Shown: positions 42,536-52,919, counted from the first letter of the stretch. The stretch is DNA of 64,000 bases from Deltaproteobacteria bacterium (GCA_005879315.1 VBLC01000036.1:22002-86001), one strand, 5' to 3'. Notes: generated by a model not told the origin, from the sequence alone. Numbers and translations: made by a program.

Positions 42536-45500
42536 ATGAGCGAGGCGCGCGCCGAGATGGTCGAACTCGACAAGGGCTACGAGCCCGAAAAGGTCGAGCC
42601 GCGCTGGGCCAAGTGGTGGGAAGAGAAAGGTTTCTTCCGCTCCGAGGACAAGAGCGGGAAGCCGGCCTTCTCGATCGTCCTCCCGCCCCCGAACGTGACC
42701 GGCTCGCTGCACATCGGCCATGCGCTCACCGCCACCATCGAGGACGCGGTCGTCCGCTACAAGCGGATGAACGGATTCAACGTCTGCTGGCTGCCGGGCA
42801 TCGACCACGCCGGCATCGCCACCCAGATGGTGGTCGAGCGCGAGATCCAGCGGACGGAGGGGAAGTCGCGCCATGACCTCGGCCGGGAAGAATTTCTTCG
42901 CCGCGTCTGGGCCTGGAAGGAGAAGTCGGGCGGCCGCATCGCGGTGCAGCACCGCGCGCTGGGCGCCTCGCTCGACTGGGATCGCGAGCGCTTCACCATG
43001 GACGAGCGGTCCTCGCGCGCGGTGCGGGAGGCTTTCGCGCGGCTGTACGAGGAAGGGCTCCTCTATCGGGCCGAACGTCTGATCAACTGGTGTGTGAGCT
43101 GCCGCACGGCGCTCAGCGACCTCGAAGTCGATCATGAAGAGAACGTGAGGACCGAGCTGTACAAATTCGCCTACCCGCTCGCCGACGGCTCGGGCGAGAT
43201 CGTCGTCGCCACCACCCGCCCCGAGACGATGCTGGGCGACACCGCGGTCGCCGTCCATCCCGACGACGAGCGCTACAAGGCGCTGGTCGGCAAGAGCGTC
43301 CGCCATCCCATCACGGGGCGCGAATTTCCCATCGTGGCCGATGCCGAGCTGGTCGACCCGAAGTTCGGAACGGGCGCGGTCAAGGTCACGCCGGGGCACA
43401 GCTTCGAGGACTTCGAGTCGGGCAGGCGGCACGGCCTGCAGCTGATCAACATCCTCAATCTCGACGGGACGCTCAACGAGAACGCCGGGCCGTTCCAGGG
43501 GCAAGACCGCATCGAGGTGCGGCCGGCGCTGAAGGCGCGCCTGAAAGAGCTCGGCCTCGAGCGTGGCAGCGAGCCGCACACGATGGCGCTGGGCCGCTGC
43601 CAGCGCTGCGCCAGCATCGTCGAGCCGCTCCTGAGCAAGCAGTGGTTCGTCAAGACCCGCCCGCTCGCCGACCAGGTGGTGGCGCAGATCGACGAGATGC
43701 GCTTCGTTCAGGAAAACTGGCGTGCGGAATTGCTCCGCTGGATGGAGAAGATCCACGACTGGTGCGTCTCGCGCCAGCTCTGGTGGGGGCACCAGATCCC
43801 CGCCTGGTATTGCGAGTACGGCCACGTCACCGTCGCGCGCGAGACTCCGCGCGAATGCGCCGAGTGCCATTCGGGGCGGCTCAAGCAGGACCCCGACGTG
43901 CTCGACACCTGGTTCAGCTCCGGTCTCTGGCCTTTCTCCACCTTCGGCTGGCCGGAGAAGACGGCCGCGCTCGAGACCTTCTATCCGAACTCCCTGATGG
44001 AGACGGGCTTCGACATCCTCTTCTTCTGGGTCGCCCGCATGGCCATGCTCGGCCTGCACTTCATGGGCGAGGTGCCCTTCCGCGTCGTCTACCTGCACGC
44101 CATGGTGCGCGACGAGAAGGGCGAGAAGATGTCCAAGACGCGGGGGAACGTGATCGATCCTCTCGACGTCACCGCCCGCTACGGCGCCGACGCCCTGCGC
44201 TTCACGCTGGCCTCGATGGCCGGACAGGGCCGCGACATCAAGCTCTCCACCGACCGCATCGCCGGCTATCGCGCTTTCGCCAACAAGATCTGGAATGCGG
44301 CCCGCTTCGTGCTGATGAATTCGGGCGGCTACGACCCGCGCGCCCAGCCGGCTTCCCTCTACGATCGCTGGATTCTCAGCCGCTTCCAGCGCTGCGCCGA
44401 CGAGGCCCGCACCGCCCTCGAGGAGTACCGCCTGGGCGATGCCGCCAATGCCATCTATCGATTCATCTGGAACGAGCTGTGCGACTGGGCCATCGAATTG
44501 TCGAAGCCGGCGCTCTACGGCGAGAAGTCGCCCCGCGAGCGCGCCGGCGCGCAGGCATCGCTGCTCAAGGCGCTGGAGGGGGCGCTGCGGCTGTTGCATC
44601 CCTTCATGCCCTTCGTCAGCGAAGAAGTGTGGCAGCGGTTGCCGAATCGCTCGGGCGAGACGATCATGCTCGCGCCCTATCCCGGCCCGGGCCCTGTGGA
44701 CGAGGAGGCGGAGCGCGAGATGGATCTCGTCACCCGCGCCATCGACGGAGCGCGATCGCTCCGCGGCGAGGTCAACCTGCCGCCGAACCAGCGGGTGCCG
44801 CTCTTTCTCTTCGTCCGCGACGGCCGGACCCGCGCGCTCCTCGAGAAGCACGAGCGCGCCTTCAAGCGCCTGGCCAACGCCGGCGAAGTCACGCTGCGCG
44901 GCTTCGATGCAGCGCGCCCCCGGCAAGCGGCAGTCCACGTCGAGCCGGAGGTGGAGGTGCACCTGCCGCTGGTCGGGCTGATCGATTTCGCCGCCGAAAA
45001 GGCGCGGGTGGAGAAAGAGCTGGGCCGCATCGCGGCCGAGCTGCAGGGCATCGAGAAGCGCCTTTCCAACAAGGGATTCGTCGAGCGCGCCCCAGCCGAG
45101 GTAGTAGAGAAGGACCGCGCGCGCGCCGAGGAGCTGCAAGCGAAGCGGGAGAAGCTGTCGCGCCACCTGGCGCGCATTTCCAGTTCGGAGGAAGGCATGG
45201 ACGAAAAGAATCCGCAGGGGCCGCAGGGAAGCCAGCCGCCGTCGTCACCGGGCTCGACGCCGAACTTCGCCGACCGGGCGAGGGAGATGGTCGACGCCGC
45301 CCGCGAGGCGATGGGGCCGATGGCCGAGAAAGTCGCGCAGGCGATGACCGAGGCCGGCGAGGTGCTCAAGGACCGGGCGGCCGAAGCCGGCGAGGCCATG
45401 TCGCAGAAGGCGGCCGAGGTGAAAGCCGCGGTGGAGAGGCGCATGGCTACCGCGCGCAAGCCGGCAAGAAAGGCGCCGCGCAAGGCCGCCGCCAAGCGGA

Positions 45501-45595
45501 AGGCAGCGCCGAAGAAGGCGGCGAAGAAGAAGGCGCGCAAGGCCGCCAAGCCCGCGCGCAAGGCGAAGAAAGGGAAGAAGAAGTCCCGGAGGTAG
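42536..45595 (+). CDS. valS: valine--tRNA ligase with ~132 aa C-terminal extension
   Basis: PPPNVTGSLHIGHA, DHAGIATQ, TTRPET, DWCVSRQLWWGH, DVLDTWFSS, KMSKT and a C-terminal coiled coil. The extension from Met888 has an amphipathic helix and a Lys/Ala-rich tail. Confidence 0.98.
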   Translation: MSEARAEMVELDKGYEPEKVEPRWAKWWEEKGFFRSEDKSGKPAFSIVLPPPNVTGSLHIGHALTATIEDAVVRYKRMNGFNVCWLPGIDHAGIATQMVVEREIQRTEGKSRHDLGREEFLRRVWAWKEKSGGRIAVQHRALGASLDWDRERFTMDERSSRAVREAFARLYEEGLLYRAERLINWCVSCRTALSDLEVDHEENVRTELYKFAYPLADGSGEIVVATTRPETMLGDTAVAVHPDDERYKALVGKSVRHPITGREFPIVADAELVDPKFGTGAVKVTPGHSFEDFESGRRHGLQLINILNLDGTLNENAGPFQGQDRIEVRPALKARLKELGLERGSEPHTMALGRCQRCASIVEPLLSKQWFVKTRPLADQVVAQIDEMRFVQENWRAELLRWMEKIHDWCVSRQLWWGHQIPAWYCEYGHVTVARETPRECAECHSGRLKQDPDVLDTWFSSGLWPFSTFGWPEKTAALETFYPNSLMETGFDILFFWVARMAMLGLHFMGEVPFRVVYLHAMVRDEKGEKMSKTRGNVIDPLDVTARYGADALRFTLASMAGQGRDIKLSTDRIAGYRAFANKIWNAARFVLMNSGGYDPRAQPASLYDRWILSRFQRCADEARTALEEYRLGDAANAIYRFIWNELCDWAIELSKPALYGEKSPRERAGAQASLLKALEGALRLLHPFMPFVSEEVWQRLPNRSGETIMLAPYPGPGPVDEEAEREMDLVTRAIDGARSLRGEVNLPPNQRVPLFLFVRDGRTRALLEKHERAFKRLANAGEVTLRGFDAARPRQAAVHVEPEVEVHLPLVGLIDFAAEKARVEKELGRIAAELQGIEKRLSNKGFVERAPAEVVEKDRARAEELQAKREKLSRHLARISSSEEGMDEKNPQGPQGSQPPSSPGSTPNFADRAREMVDAAREAMGPMAEKVAQAMTEAGEVLKDRAAEAGEAMSQKAAEVKAAVERRMATARKPARKAPRKAAAKRKAAPKKAAKKKARKAAKPARKAKKGKKKSRR

Positions 45596-45624
45596 GGCAT
45601 GGATCGGCGGAAGGGCACGAAGTA

Positions 45625-46488
45625 ATGCTCGAGCTGGGGCGGCCCGATGACGCCATCGGCCGCCTCATCTCGCTCGCCCTCGAGGAGGACGTCGGGCCGG
45701 GCGACCGCACCGCCCAGGCCGTCGTGCCGGAAGGGGCGCGCGGGTCGGCCCTGCTCGTCGCCAAGGAGGAGCTGATCGTCTCCGGCCTCGCCGCGGCGGC
45801 GCGAGTCTTTCGCGCGCTCGATCCTTCCTCCGAGCTGGAAGCCCTCAAGAGCGAGGGAGATCGCGCCGGACCCGGCGACGGCGTCTTGCGCGTGCGCGCC
45901 AGCCTGCGCGCCATCCTCAGCGGCGAGCGGACCGCGCTCAATTTCCTGCAGCGCCTCTGCGGTATCGCCACGCTCACCGCGCGCTACGTCCAGGCGTTGA
46001 AAGGAACGAAGACCCGCCTGCTCGACACGCGCAAGACGACGCCGGGCATGCGCCAGCTGGAGAAAGCGGCAGTGCGCGCGGGCGGCGGCCACAACCACCG
46101 CAGCGCGCTCTTCGACGGCATCCTCGTCAAGGACAACCACGCGGCGGCGGCGGGCGGCGTCGGCGAGGCGGTGCGGCGGGCGCGAGCGGCAGCGCATCCG
46201 CTGCTCGAGGTCGAAGCGGAAGTGAGCACCCCGCAGCAGATCGAGGAGGCGCTCGCCGCCGGCGCGCAGATGCTGCTCCTCGACAACCTCGGCGACGCCG
46301 CGCTCGCCGCCGCCGTCCGCCAGGTCGCCGGCCGCGTTCCGACGGAAGCGTCGGGGAGCATCACGCTCGACCGCCTCCCGAAAGTGGCCGCCCTCGGAGT
46401 AGACTACGTCTCCGTGGGCGCGCTGACGCACTCGGCTCCGGCTTGTGACCTGAGCCTGCTCATCACCGATTGGGGCGGCAAGCGGTGA
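45625..46488 (+). CDS. nadC: nicotinate-nucleotide pyrophosphorylase (carboxylating)
   Basis: ALEEDVGPGDRT, GERTALNFLQRLCGIAT, LDTRKTTPG, NHRSALFDGILVKDNH, EVEAEV, LLDN, EASG, VGALTHSA. Confidence 0.96.
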   Translation: MLELGRPDDAIGRLISLALEEDVGPGDRTAQAVVPEGARGSALLVAKEELIVSGLAAAARVFRALDPSSELEALKSEGDRAGPGDGVLRVRASLRAILSGERTALNFLQRLCGIATLTARYVQALKGTKTRLLDTRKTTPGMRQLEKAAVRAGGGHNHRSALFDGILVKDNHAAAAGGVGEAVRRARAAAHPLLEVEAEVSTPQQIEEALAAGAQMLLLDNLGDAALAAAVRQVAGRVPTEASGSITLDRLPKVAALGVDYVSVGALTHSAPACDLSLLITDWGGKR

Positions 46489-47519
46489 GCCCCGACCCCG
46501 CCCCTGCGCCTCTCGCAGGCGGCGAGGGCCATTGGACCGATCTCAACCAGGACGCCATCGTGCTCGGGCTGCTCCTCGAGTGCACCGACGATTTCGTCAG
46601 CGGCGCCGTGCTCTGCGACAAGCTCGACGTGCCCCGCGCGGAGCTGCTCAAGCGCATCGATTCCCTGCGCACGCGCGGCTACGGCATCCAGACCAGCGGC
46701 GGCCGCGGCTACCGGCTGAGCGAGATCCCCGACAAGCTCAACGATCAGGTCATCGCACCGCTTCTCTCGACCAACGAGATCGGCCGCAAGCTGCACGGCT
46801 ACGCCGAGCTGGAGTCGACCAACGACGAGGCCCACCGCCTGGCCGAAGCGGGCGCCGAGCACGGCGAGGTGGTCGTCGCCGAGCTGCAGACCAAGGGGCG
46901 CGGCCGGCGGGGGCGCAGCTGGTTCTCGCCGCCGGGAAAGTCGCTCACCCTCTCGGTCATCCTCCGGCCCACGCTTCTGCCCTCGCGCGCTCCGGAGATC
47001 GCCCTGACGGCGGCCGTCGCGCTCTGCGAAGCCGCTCACGAGCTGGGCGCGCCCGGAGCGCGCATCAAGTGGCCCAACGACATCGAATGCCGCGGCCAGA
47101 AGCTGGCCGGGCTCCTCACCGAGCTGCGGGCCGAGGCCGAGAGCATCCGCCACGTCGTGCTCGGCGTGGGGCTCAACGTCCTGCTCACGGCGCACGACTT
47201 TCCGCCCGACCTCCGCGGCACGAGCCTCTTGATCGAGAGCGGGGAGAGCATCGCGCGGCCGCTCGCCTGCGCGCGCGTGCTCGAGCACCTCGAGGAATGG
47301 GTGGCGCTGCACGAGACCGAGGGGTTTGGCCCGGTGCGCGAGCGCTGGCGGGAGCTCTCCAGCACTCTCGGCCGGCGCGTCTTCATCGACGGCGATCCGC
47401 CGCCCCTCGAGGGCGAAGCGGTCGATCTGGCCGAGGACGGCGCGCTCCTGGTCCGCTCCGCCGATGGCGCCTTGCGTCGGGTGATGGCGGCCGATATCGA
47501 GCACTGCACCGTGCTGTGA
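46485..47519 (+). CDS. birA: bifunctional biotin operon repressor / biotin-protein ligase
   Basis: N-terminal HTH ([11 protein letters not shown]...GYRL), [38 protein letters not shown]. The GTG start overlaps the nadC stop. Confidence 0.95.
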   Translation: MSPDPAPAPLAGGEGHWTDLNQDAIVLGLLLECTDDFVSGAVLCDKLDVPRAELLKRIDSLRTRGYGIQTSGGRGYRLSEIPDKLNDQVIAPLLSTNEIGRKLHGYAELESTNDEAHRLAEAGAEHGEVVVAELQTKGRGRRGRSWFSPPGKSLTLSVILRPTLLPSRAPEIALTAAVALCEAAHELGAPGARIKWPNDIECRGQKLAGLLTELRAEAESIRHVVLGVGLNVLLTAHDFPPDLRGTSLLIESGESIARPLACARVLEHLEEWVALHETEGFGPVRERWRELSSTLGRRVFIDGDPPPLEGEAVDLAEDGALLVRSADGALRRVMAADIEHCTVL

Positions 47520-47541
47520 ACAAAGGTACGATTGCGTAACA

Positions 47542-47571
47542 TTGACGGACCGCCGAAACGCTCCTGATACT
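47542..47571 (+). promoter_or_regulatory. putative sigma70 promoter of coaX (leaderless)
   Basis: TTGACG-18 nt-GATACT-6 nt-GTG(47578). Confidence 0.55.
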
Positions 47572-47577
47572 GCAGAA

Positions 47578-48366
47578 GTGCTCCTCGCCATCGACGTCGG
47601 TAACACGAATACCGTGCTGGGCGTGTTCGAGTTTCGCCAAGGCGAGTCGCGGCTGCGAGATTCCTTCCGCGTGCAGACCGAGAAGGATCGCACCGGCGAC
47701 GAGTACGGCCTGCAGATCAAGTCGCTCTTCGATTTCGCCGGCCTCTCGATGAAGGACGTGCACGACGTGATCGTCAGCAGCGTCGTGCCGCCGATGGCGT
47801 TTCCCCTCGAGCAGATGTCGAAGCGCTTCTTCGGCAAGAAGCCCCTCTTCGTCGGGCCGGGGGTGAAGACGGGCATGCCGGTGCTCGCCGACAATCCGCG
47901 CGAGGTGGGCGCCGACCGGATCGTCAACGCCGTCGCCGCCTACCAGAAGTGGCCGCAGGGGCTCGTCATCGTCGACTTCGGCACCGCCACCACCTTCGAC
48001 GCGGTCACGCCCAAGGGCGAATATCTGGGCGGCGCGATCGCGCCGGGCATCACCATCTCGATGGAGGCGCTCTTCCACCGCGCCTCCAAGCTTCCGCGCG
48101 TCGCCTTCGAGAAACCGGAGCACGTGGTGGGCCGCAACACCGTCGCGGCCATGCAATCGGGTCTCGTCTACGGCTACGTCGGCCTGGTCGACGGCATCTG
48201 CGTGCGCATGAAGGAGGAGCTGGGATTTTCCGCGAAGGTGGTGGCCACCGGCGGCCTCGCGGCGCTGGTGGGCAGCCTCTCCAAGCAGATCGAGGTGGTC
48301 GACGACCAGCTCACCTTGGACGGCCTGCGCATCATCTACCAGCGGAACCAGGCGGAGAGAGGCTGA
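47578..48366 (+). CDS. coaX: type III pantothenate kinase
   Basis: [45 protein letters not shown]. Confidence 0.96.
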   Translation: MLLAIDVGNTNTVLGVFEFRQGESRLRDSFRVQTEKDRTGDEYGLQIKSLFDFAGLSMKDVHDVIVSSVVPPMAFPLEQMSKRFFGKKPLFVGPGVKTGMPVLADNPREVGADRIVNAVAAYQKWPQGLVIVDFGTATTFDAVTPKGEYLGGAIAPGITISMEALFHRASKLPRVAFEKPEHVVGRNTVAAMQSGLVYGYVGLVDGICVRMKEELGFSAKVVATGGLAALVGSLSKQIEVVDDQLTLDGLRIIYQRNQAERG

Positions 48367-48986
48367 TGGCAGAGAAGGATCCAACTGCGCCGCCCAACCT
48401 GCGCGGGGCCACGCCTGCCGAGCTGGACGAGCTTCGCGTCTCGGTCAAGGTGGCGGGGCGGACCACGCCCAGGCCGACCGCGCGGCCGCCGATCTCGGCG
48501 ATGCAGGCGCTCACCCACCGCGGCGAGCTCGACAAGCTCATCGATGACGGCCGGGCGACGCTGGAGTCGAATCCGAAGGAGTCGCACGCCTTCTTCGAGA
48601 AGGCGTACCGGAAGAATCTGATGGACCCGCGGGTGCTCTCCAACTACGGCCTGACGCTGGTCCTGGTCGAGGGCGATCGCCAGCGCGGTATCCGCTTCTG
48701 CGAGGAGGCGGTGCGGCGTGGGCTGGTCAGCACCGAGACGCTGGTCAATCTCGCCAGGGCGCTGGTCGTGACCCGCAACAAGGAGCAGGCCATCCGCGCG
48801 CTGCGGCGGGCGATGGAGCTTGCTCCCGACGATCCGCGCGTCGGGCAGGAGTTCGCCGCGCTCGGCCTGCGCCGGCCGCCGCCCATCCCCTGGCTGCCGC
48901 GCGACTGCTTCGTCAACAAGTGGCTGGGCAAGCTCACCTGGTGGTTCTCCCGCCGGCATCGGCTCAATCCGCTCTCGATGAGCTAG
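48366..48986 (+). CDS. TPR-containing protein
   Basis: From ATG 48366 (TGATG overlap): TPR-like helices VLSNYGLTL and LVNLARAL...AIRALRRAMELAPDD, then GLRRPPPIPWLPR. Confidence 0.75.
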   Translation: MAEKDPTAPPNLRGATPAELDELRVSVKVAGRTTPRPTARPPISAMQALTHRGELDKLIDDGRATLESNPKESHAFFEKAYRKNLMDPRVLSNYGLTLVLVEGDRQRGIRFCEEAVRRGLVSTETLVNLARALVVTRNKEQAIRALRRAMELAPDDPRVGQEFAALGLRRPPPIPWLPRDCFVNKWLGKLTWWFSRRHRLNPLSMS

Positions 48987-48995
48987 AGTCGATCG

Positions 48996-50180
48996 ATGAG
49001 CGAAGCTACTCCGGCCGCGGCGGTTCAGTCTCCCGCTGCCTGTCCGATCCCGCTCTCGGCGGTGCCGGCCAACTTCCAGAAGCACGTCGACCCCAAGGCG
49101 CCCACGCCGCTGCGGATGATGGGCGCCAAGGCGCTGGTGCCGATGGGGCCGAAGGAGATGAGCACCGCGCTCTACATGCTCACCTTCGACGCCGACGCCG
49201 GCGTGCGCGAGACGGCGGTCAAGACGGCGGCGTCGCTGCCCGACCGCATCCTCTCGGTCGCGCTGCGCGACGAGACGATGGATCCGCAGGTCCTCGATTA
49301 CTACTCGGTCGTGCTGGCGGGGAAGGACGAGTATCTCGAGATGCTCGTCCTCAATCCCTCGACCGGGGACCCGACGGTGCAGCGGCTCACCTCGACGGCG
49401 GACGACCACATCATCGAGATCGTCGCGCAGAACCAGCTGCGCATGCTGCGCCATCCCGACATCGTCCGCGCGCTGGTCAACAACAAGGCGTCGCGGCCCT
49501 CCACCCTCGACAACGTCTGCGACTTCTGTGTGCGCTCGGGGCTCAACCTCGAGGATCTCCCCGCCTTCCGCGCCGCGCGCCGCCGCATCCACGGCGGCGC
49601 CAGCGAGGACGAAGAGACGGCGAAGAAGGCGGCCGCCCGCGCCGCCGCCGAGGTCGCCTCGGCGGAGAAGGCTCTCGAGCAGATGGGCGCCGCCGGCCCG
49701 GATCGCGCGGAGGAACAGCGGGCCGCTCCCGGCAGCGCCGAGGAGAGGGAGCTGGAAGAGCAGCGGCTCACCATCAGCCAGCAGGTGATGCGGCTGAGCA
49801 TTGCGAAGAAGATCGAGTGGGCCAACAAGAAGGGCAACCGGGAAGTGCGCTCGCTCTTGCTGCGCGACCCGAACACGCTCGTGCAGCTGGCGGTGATCCA
49901 GAGCCCGCGCATCACCGAGGGCGAGGTCGTCAAGGTGGCGGTGAGCCGCACCTCGCCGGACGAGGTGTTGCGATACATCTACAACAATCGTCAATTGATG
50001 AAGAACTATCAAATCAAGCTGAATCTGATCAACAACCCCAAAGTGCCGGTCGGGGTCTCGATGCGCTACCTCTCCTCGCTGCGCATGGCCGAGGTGAAGG
50101 CCATCGCCAGGAACAAGAACGTGCCGCAGGGCCTGGCGAACGCGGCGAAGAAACTGCTGGAGAAGAAGGGCGCGGGCTGA
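48996..50180 (+). CDS. conserved hypothetical alpha-helical (ARM/HEAT-like) protein
   Basis: 394 aa, helical. C-terminal block SIAKKIEWANKKGNREVRSLLLRDPN...SPRITEGEV...NPKVP resembles a deltaproteobacterial hypothetical family. Confidence 0.8.
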   Translation: MSEATPAAAVQSPAACPIPLSAVPANFQKHVDPKAPTPLRMMGAKALVPMGPKEMSTALYMLTFDADAGVRETAVKTAASLPDRILSVALRDETMDPQVLDYYSVVLAGKDEYLEMLVLNPSTGDPTVQRLTSTADDHIIEIVAQNQLRMLRHPDIVRALVNNKASRPSTLDNVCDFCVRSGLNLEDLPAFRAARRRIHGGASEDEETAKKAAARAAAEVASAEKALEQMGAAGPDRAEEQRAAPGSAEERELEEQRLTISQQVMRLSIAKKIEWANKKGNREVRSLLLRDPNTLVQLAVIQSPRITEGEVVKVAVSRTSPDEVLRYIYNNRQLMKNYQIKLNLINNPKVPVGVSMRYLSSLRMAEVKAIARNKNVPQGLANAAKKLLEKKGAG

Positions 50181-50186
50181 GCCTGC

Positions 50187-51386
50187 TCAGGCGCTCTTCT
50201 TCGCCGTCTCCACCTCGGTGGTGACGTCCGACGGATCCTCGCTCAAGAGCTGCAGCGCGATCTCGAGAGCCTTGCGCGTCTTCTCCCGCAGCTTCTCGTC
50301 GCTCTTGATCTTCTGGTAGGCCTTCACCGCCCGGTCCTCGTTCAGCACGGCGGTGACCTGCGCCTCCTCGAGCTGCTTCTTCAGCTCGTCGCGTTCCTCG
50401 GCGAGCAGATCCTTCTCGCCAGTCAGCGCCTGCGCCTCGCTGCGCAGCGTCTCCAGCTCGGCCGACTTCGCGTTCTTCTTCGACTCCTCGCGGGCCGCGC
50501 CCAGCTCGCGTTCGAACTTCTTCGCCGCCGCCGCCAGGGCATCGGCGCGCTGCTGGAGCGTCTTGGCGGCCGCCTCGCGCTCCTGCAGCTGCGCTTCGGC
50601 CTTGTTCTTCGCTTCCTTGAGCTTGAGCAGCTCCTTCTCCAGCTCGGCGACGCGCGCCTCCAGCGAGCCTCCATCTCCGGGGATCTCCCGCAGCTCCAGC
50701 AAGGCCGTGTCGTCTTCGGCGAGGTCGGGCACCGCCTTCGGCTTGGGCGGAGGCTGTTGCGTCGGCCCGCCCAGTGAATCGAAGGCCTTGTCGAACATCT
50801 CCAGATCATGGTCGCCGGCCTGGTGCTCCTCGACCTGGACCACCTCTTCGACTTCCTCGAGCAGCACCGGTTCTTCTGGAGCAAGAGCTGCCTGGGTTTC
50901 CTGCTCGGAAAGCGAGATGGGCTCGTCCTCGCCGTCCACCAGGTCTCCCAGGCCGAGAGGCTCATCCTCGACCGAGACGATCTCCTCGGACTGGGCCTGC
51001 TCGGGGGGGAGCCGGATGCCCATCAGCGCCGAGGCCTTTTCCAGTATGACTTGCGGCTCGAAGGGCTTGATCAGGTACTCCTCGGCGCGGGTCTTGAGCT
51101 TCTTGTGCTTCTCGAACGAGTCGGGGGTGGCGTGGGCGCTAGTCAAAATTACCGGTATGCCCTTGAGCTGCTCGTCCTTCTTGAGTCGCGTACAGAGCAT
51201 GTAGCCATTGGTCGGCTGCGCCTCGACGCAGACCACGATCAGGTCAGGATTTTCCGCCTTGGCCATCGTCATGCCCTGCTCGCTGTTGGTCGCCGTCGTG
51301 GCGACGAATCCGCGGGCGACGATGGCGTGCGACAAACCCTGCGCGAAGGCTTCGTCGGAGTCGATGAGAAGGATTCTTTTCGACAC
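50187..51386 (-). CDS. frzS: FrzS-like pseudo-receiver + coiled-coil protein
   Basis: MSKRILLIDSD...PDLIVVCVE...NGYMLCTRLKKDEQLKGIPV...FEKHKKLKTRAEEYLIKP closely recalls the FrzS receiver-like domain, which lacks the phospho-Asp. Acidic linker, coiled coil, and C-terminus KTRKALEIALQLL. Confidence 0.8.
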   Translation of the reverse strand: MSKRILLIDSDEAFAQGLSHAIVARGFVATTATNSEQGMTMAKAENPDLIVVCVEAQPTNGYMLCTRLKKDEQLKGIPVILTSAHATPDSFEKHKKLKTRAEEYLIKPFEPQVILEKASALMGIRLPPEQAQSEEIVSVEDEPLGLGDLVDGEDEPISLSEQETQAALAPEEPVLLEEVEEVVQVEEHQAGDHDLEMFDKAFDSLGGPTQQPPPKPKAVPDLAEDDTALLELREIPGDGGSLEARVAELEKELLKLKEAKNKAEAQLQEREAAAKTLQQRADALAAAAKKFERELGAAREESKKNAKSAELETLRSEAQALTGEKDLLAEERDELKKQLEEAQVTAVLNEDRAVKAYQKIKSDEKLREKTRKALEIALQLLSEDPSDVTTEVETAKKSA

Positions 51387-51412
51387 GCGGAACCCGGGCA
51401 GGGGAGATCAAA

Positions 51413-51442
51413 AGCTTACGGGCGCGGCACGAGGGGTGTCAA
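51413..51442 (-). promoter_or_regulatory. sigma70 promoter of the frzS-like gene
   Basis: The minus strand reads TTGACA-18 nt-TAAGCT. Confidence 0.7.
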
Positions 51443-51484
51443 CGAAACGCCTTGAAATTCCGCGTGTGTGATGAGGTACGCGCG

Positions 51485-52267
51485 CTATCGCAGCTCGGCC
51501 GACTGCACCAGTGCGAGAACGTCCTCTTCGTCGAGATCGCTGATCAGCGAATAGACGATCTCGTCGTTGCGCCAGGAGGCGATGTTGAAGCCGTGCGCGC
51601 GGGAGAGCCAGACCTGCCGATCGGCGATGCGCCGGGCAGCCCCCGGCAGCTGCGGCTCGGGATCGTCGACGATGAGCAGCGACACCCGGCGGCCATTGGC
51701 TGCCGGCACCGTGTAGGTGACCACCGCCGCCTGCCGCGAGCGGACTTGCGACAGCCGCACCCCCTCCAGCCGCGGACCTTGGGAGAACCGGGGCAGCCGC
51801 ACGCCGAAGTCGAGCTTCTCGGAGAGCCAGCGCTGGGCGCTGCTCACGTCGGACGCGGTGTAGTCGAGGGGGAGCGCTCGCGCGTGGAGGGCGACGCCGT
51901 CGTCGACGATCGAATGTCCGCCCCGGAAGATCGGATGCTGCAGCCCGCCGGCCAGGAACCAGGCAGCTGCGCCCACCGTTGCGGCGGCGACGGCGACGGC
52001 GCGCGGCTCACGCAACGCGCGCGCCCAGCGCCCCCGGTACGGCTCGGCGGCGAGGCTGCCGCGCACGGCATCGTGCAATTGGTGCGGCGCCGCGACGTTG
52101 GCGCGGCCGGCGGCGACCTTGTAGCTCTGCTGGACGCGCACCGTCTCCGCGCAGATCGCGCAGCCCGCCAGGTGCGCCTTCATTTCCGCCGACTCGTCGG
52201 CCGAGAACTCTCCGTCCACGTAGGCGTGGAGGAAGGTCTTCTCCAGCTCTCGGCACTCGAGGGGCAT
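51485..52267 (-). CDS. zinc-binding (ZAS) membrane anti-sigma factor
   Basis: CRELE...AYVDGE...HLAGCAIC (HxxxCxxC), one TM, and a periplasmic domain (WLSEKLDFGVRLP, LEGVRL). Alternative start GTG 52273. Confidence 0.9.
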   Translation of the reverse strand: MPLECRELEKTFLHAYVDGEFSADESAEMKAHLAGCAICAETVRVQQSYKVAAGRANVAAPHQLHDAVRGSLAAEPYRGRWARALREPRAVAVAAATVGAAAWFLAGGLQHPIFRGGHSIVDDGVALHARALPLDYTASDVSSAQRWLSEKLDFGVRLPRFSQGPRLEGVRLSQVRSRQAAVVTYTVPAANGRRVSLLIVDDPEPQLPGAARRIADRQVWLSRAHGFNIASWRNDEIVYSLISDLDEEDVLALVQSAELR

Positions 52268-52274
52268 GGTCACC

Positions 52275-52919
52275 CTAGGCCTTGCGCTTGAACTCGAGCA
52301 CTTCGGCGTCCTCCGCCTGCGCTTCCAGTTCCATCGCCTGGCCGGGTTGGACGACGCCGTTCTCGATGGCGTAGCCGAGCAGGTTGCGCTGCAACAGCTT
52401 CCGGCCGCGGTAGAGCCGGCTCATCACCGTGCCCACCGGACAGTCGAGGATCTCGGCGATCTCCTTGTAGGAGAACTCTTGCAGGTCGGCGAGGATCACC
52501 ACCAGCCGGAAATCGATGGGCAAGACGTCGATGCTGCGGATGACGTCGTCGGAGAGAAGCTTCTCGAAGAAATACTCCTCGGGGTTCGAAGAGCTCTCGG
52601 TGGGCTCGCGGGTGACGAACCGCTCGTTGCTGGCCTCGCGGGCGGCGCCCTCGACGACGGTGCGCTCCTTCACCCGGCGGCGGTATTTGTTGATGAAGGT
52701 GTTGGTGAGGATCTTGAAAAGCCACGCCTTCATGTTGGTGCCGCGCTCGAACTTGTCGAAGAAACGGAAGGCGCGGAGAAAAGTGTCCTGCACCAGGTCT
52801 TCGGCGTCGCGCTCGTTCCTGGTCAGGCGGAGGCCGGCGGAGTAGAGCGCATCGAGATGCTCGAGGGAGAGGCCTTCGAACTCGCGCCGGGTGCGGTCGG
52901 TGTGCTTGAAATCGAGCAT
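52275..52919 (-). CDS. ECF sigma factor (SigR/RpoE1-like)
   Basis: [70 protein letters not shown]. Confidence 0.95.
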   Translation of the reverse strand: MLDFKHTDRTRREFEGLSLEHLDALYSAGLRLTRNERDAEDLVQDTFLRAFRFFDKFERGTNMKAWLFKILTNTFINKYRRRVKERTVVEGAAREASNERFVTREPTESSSNPEEYFFEKLLSDDVIRSIDVLPIDFRLVVILADLQEFSYKEIAEILDCPVGTVMSRLYRGRKLLQRNLLGYAIENGVVQPGQAMELEAQAEDAEVLEFKRKA

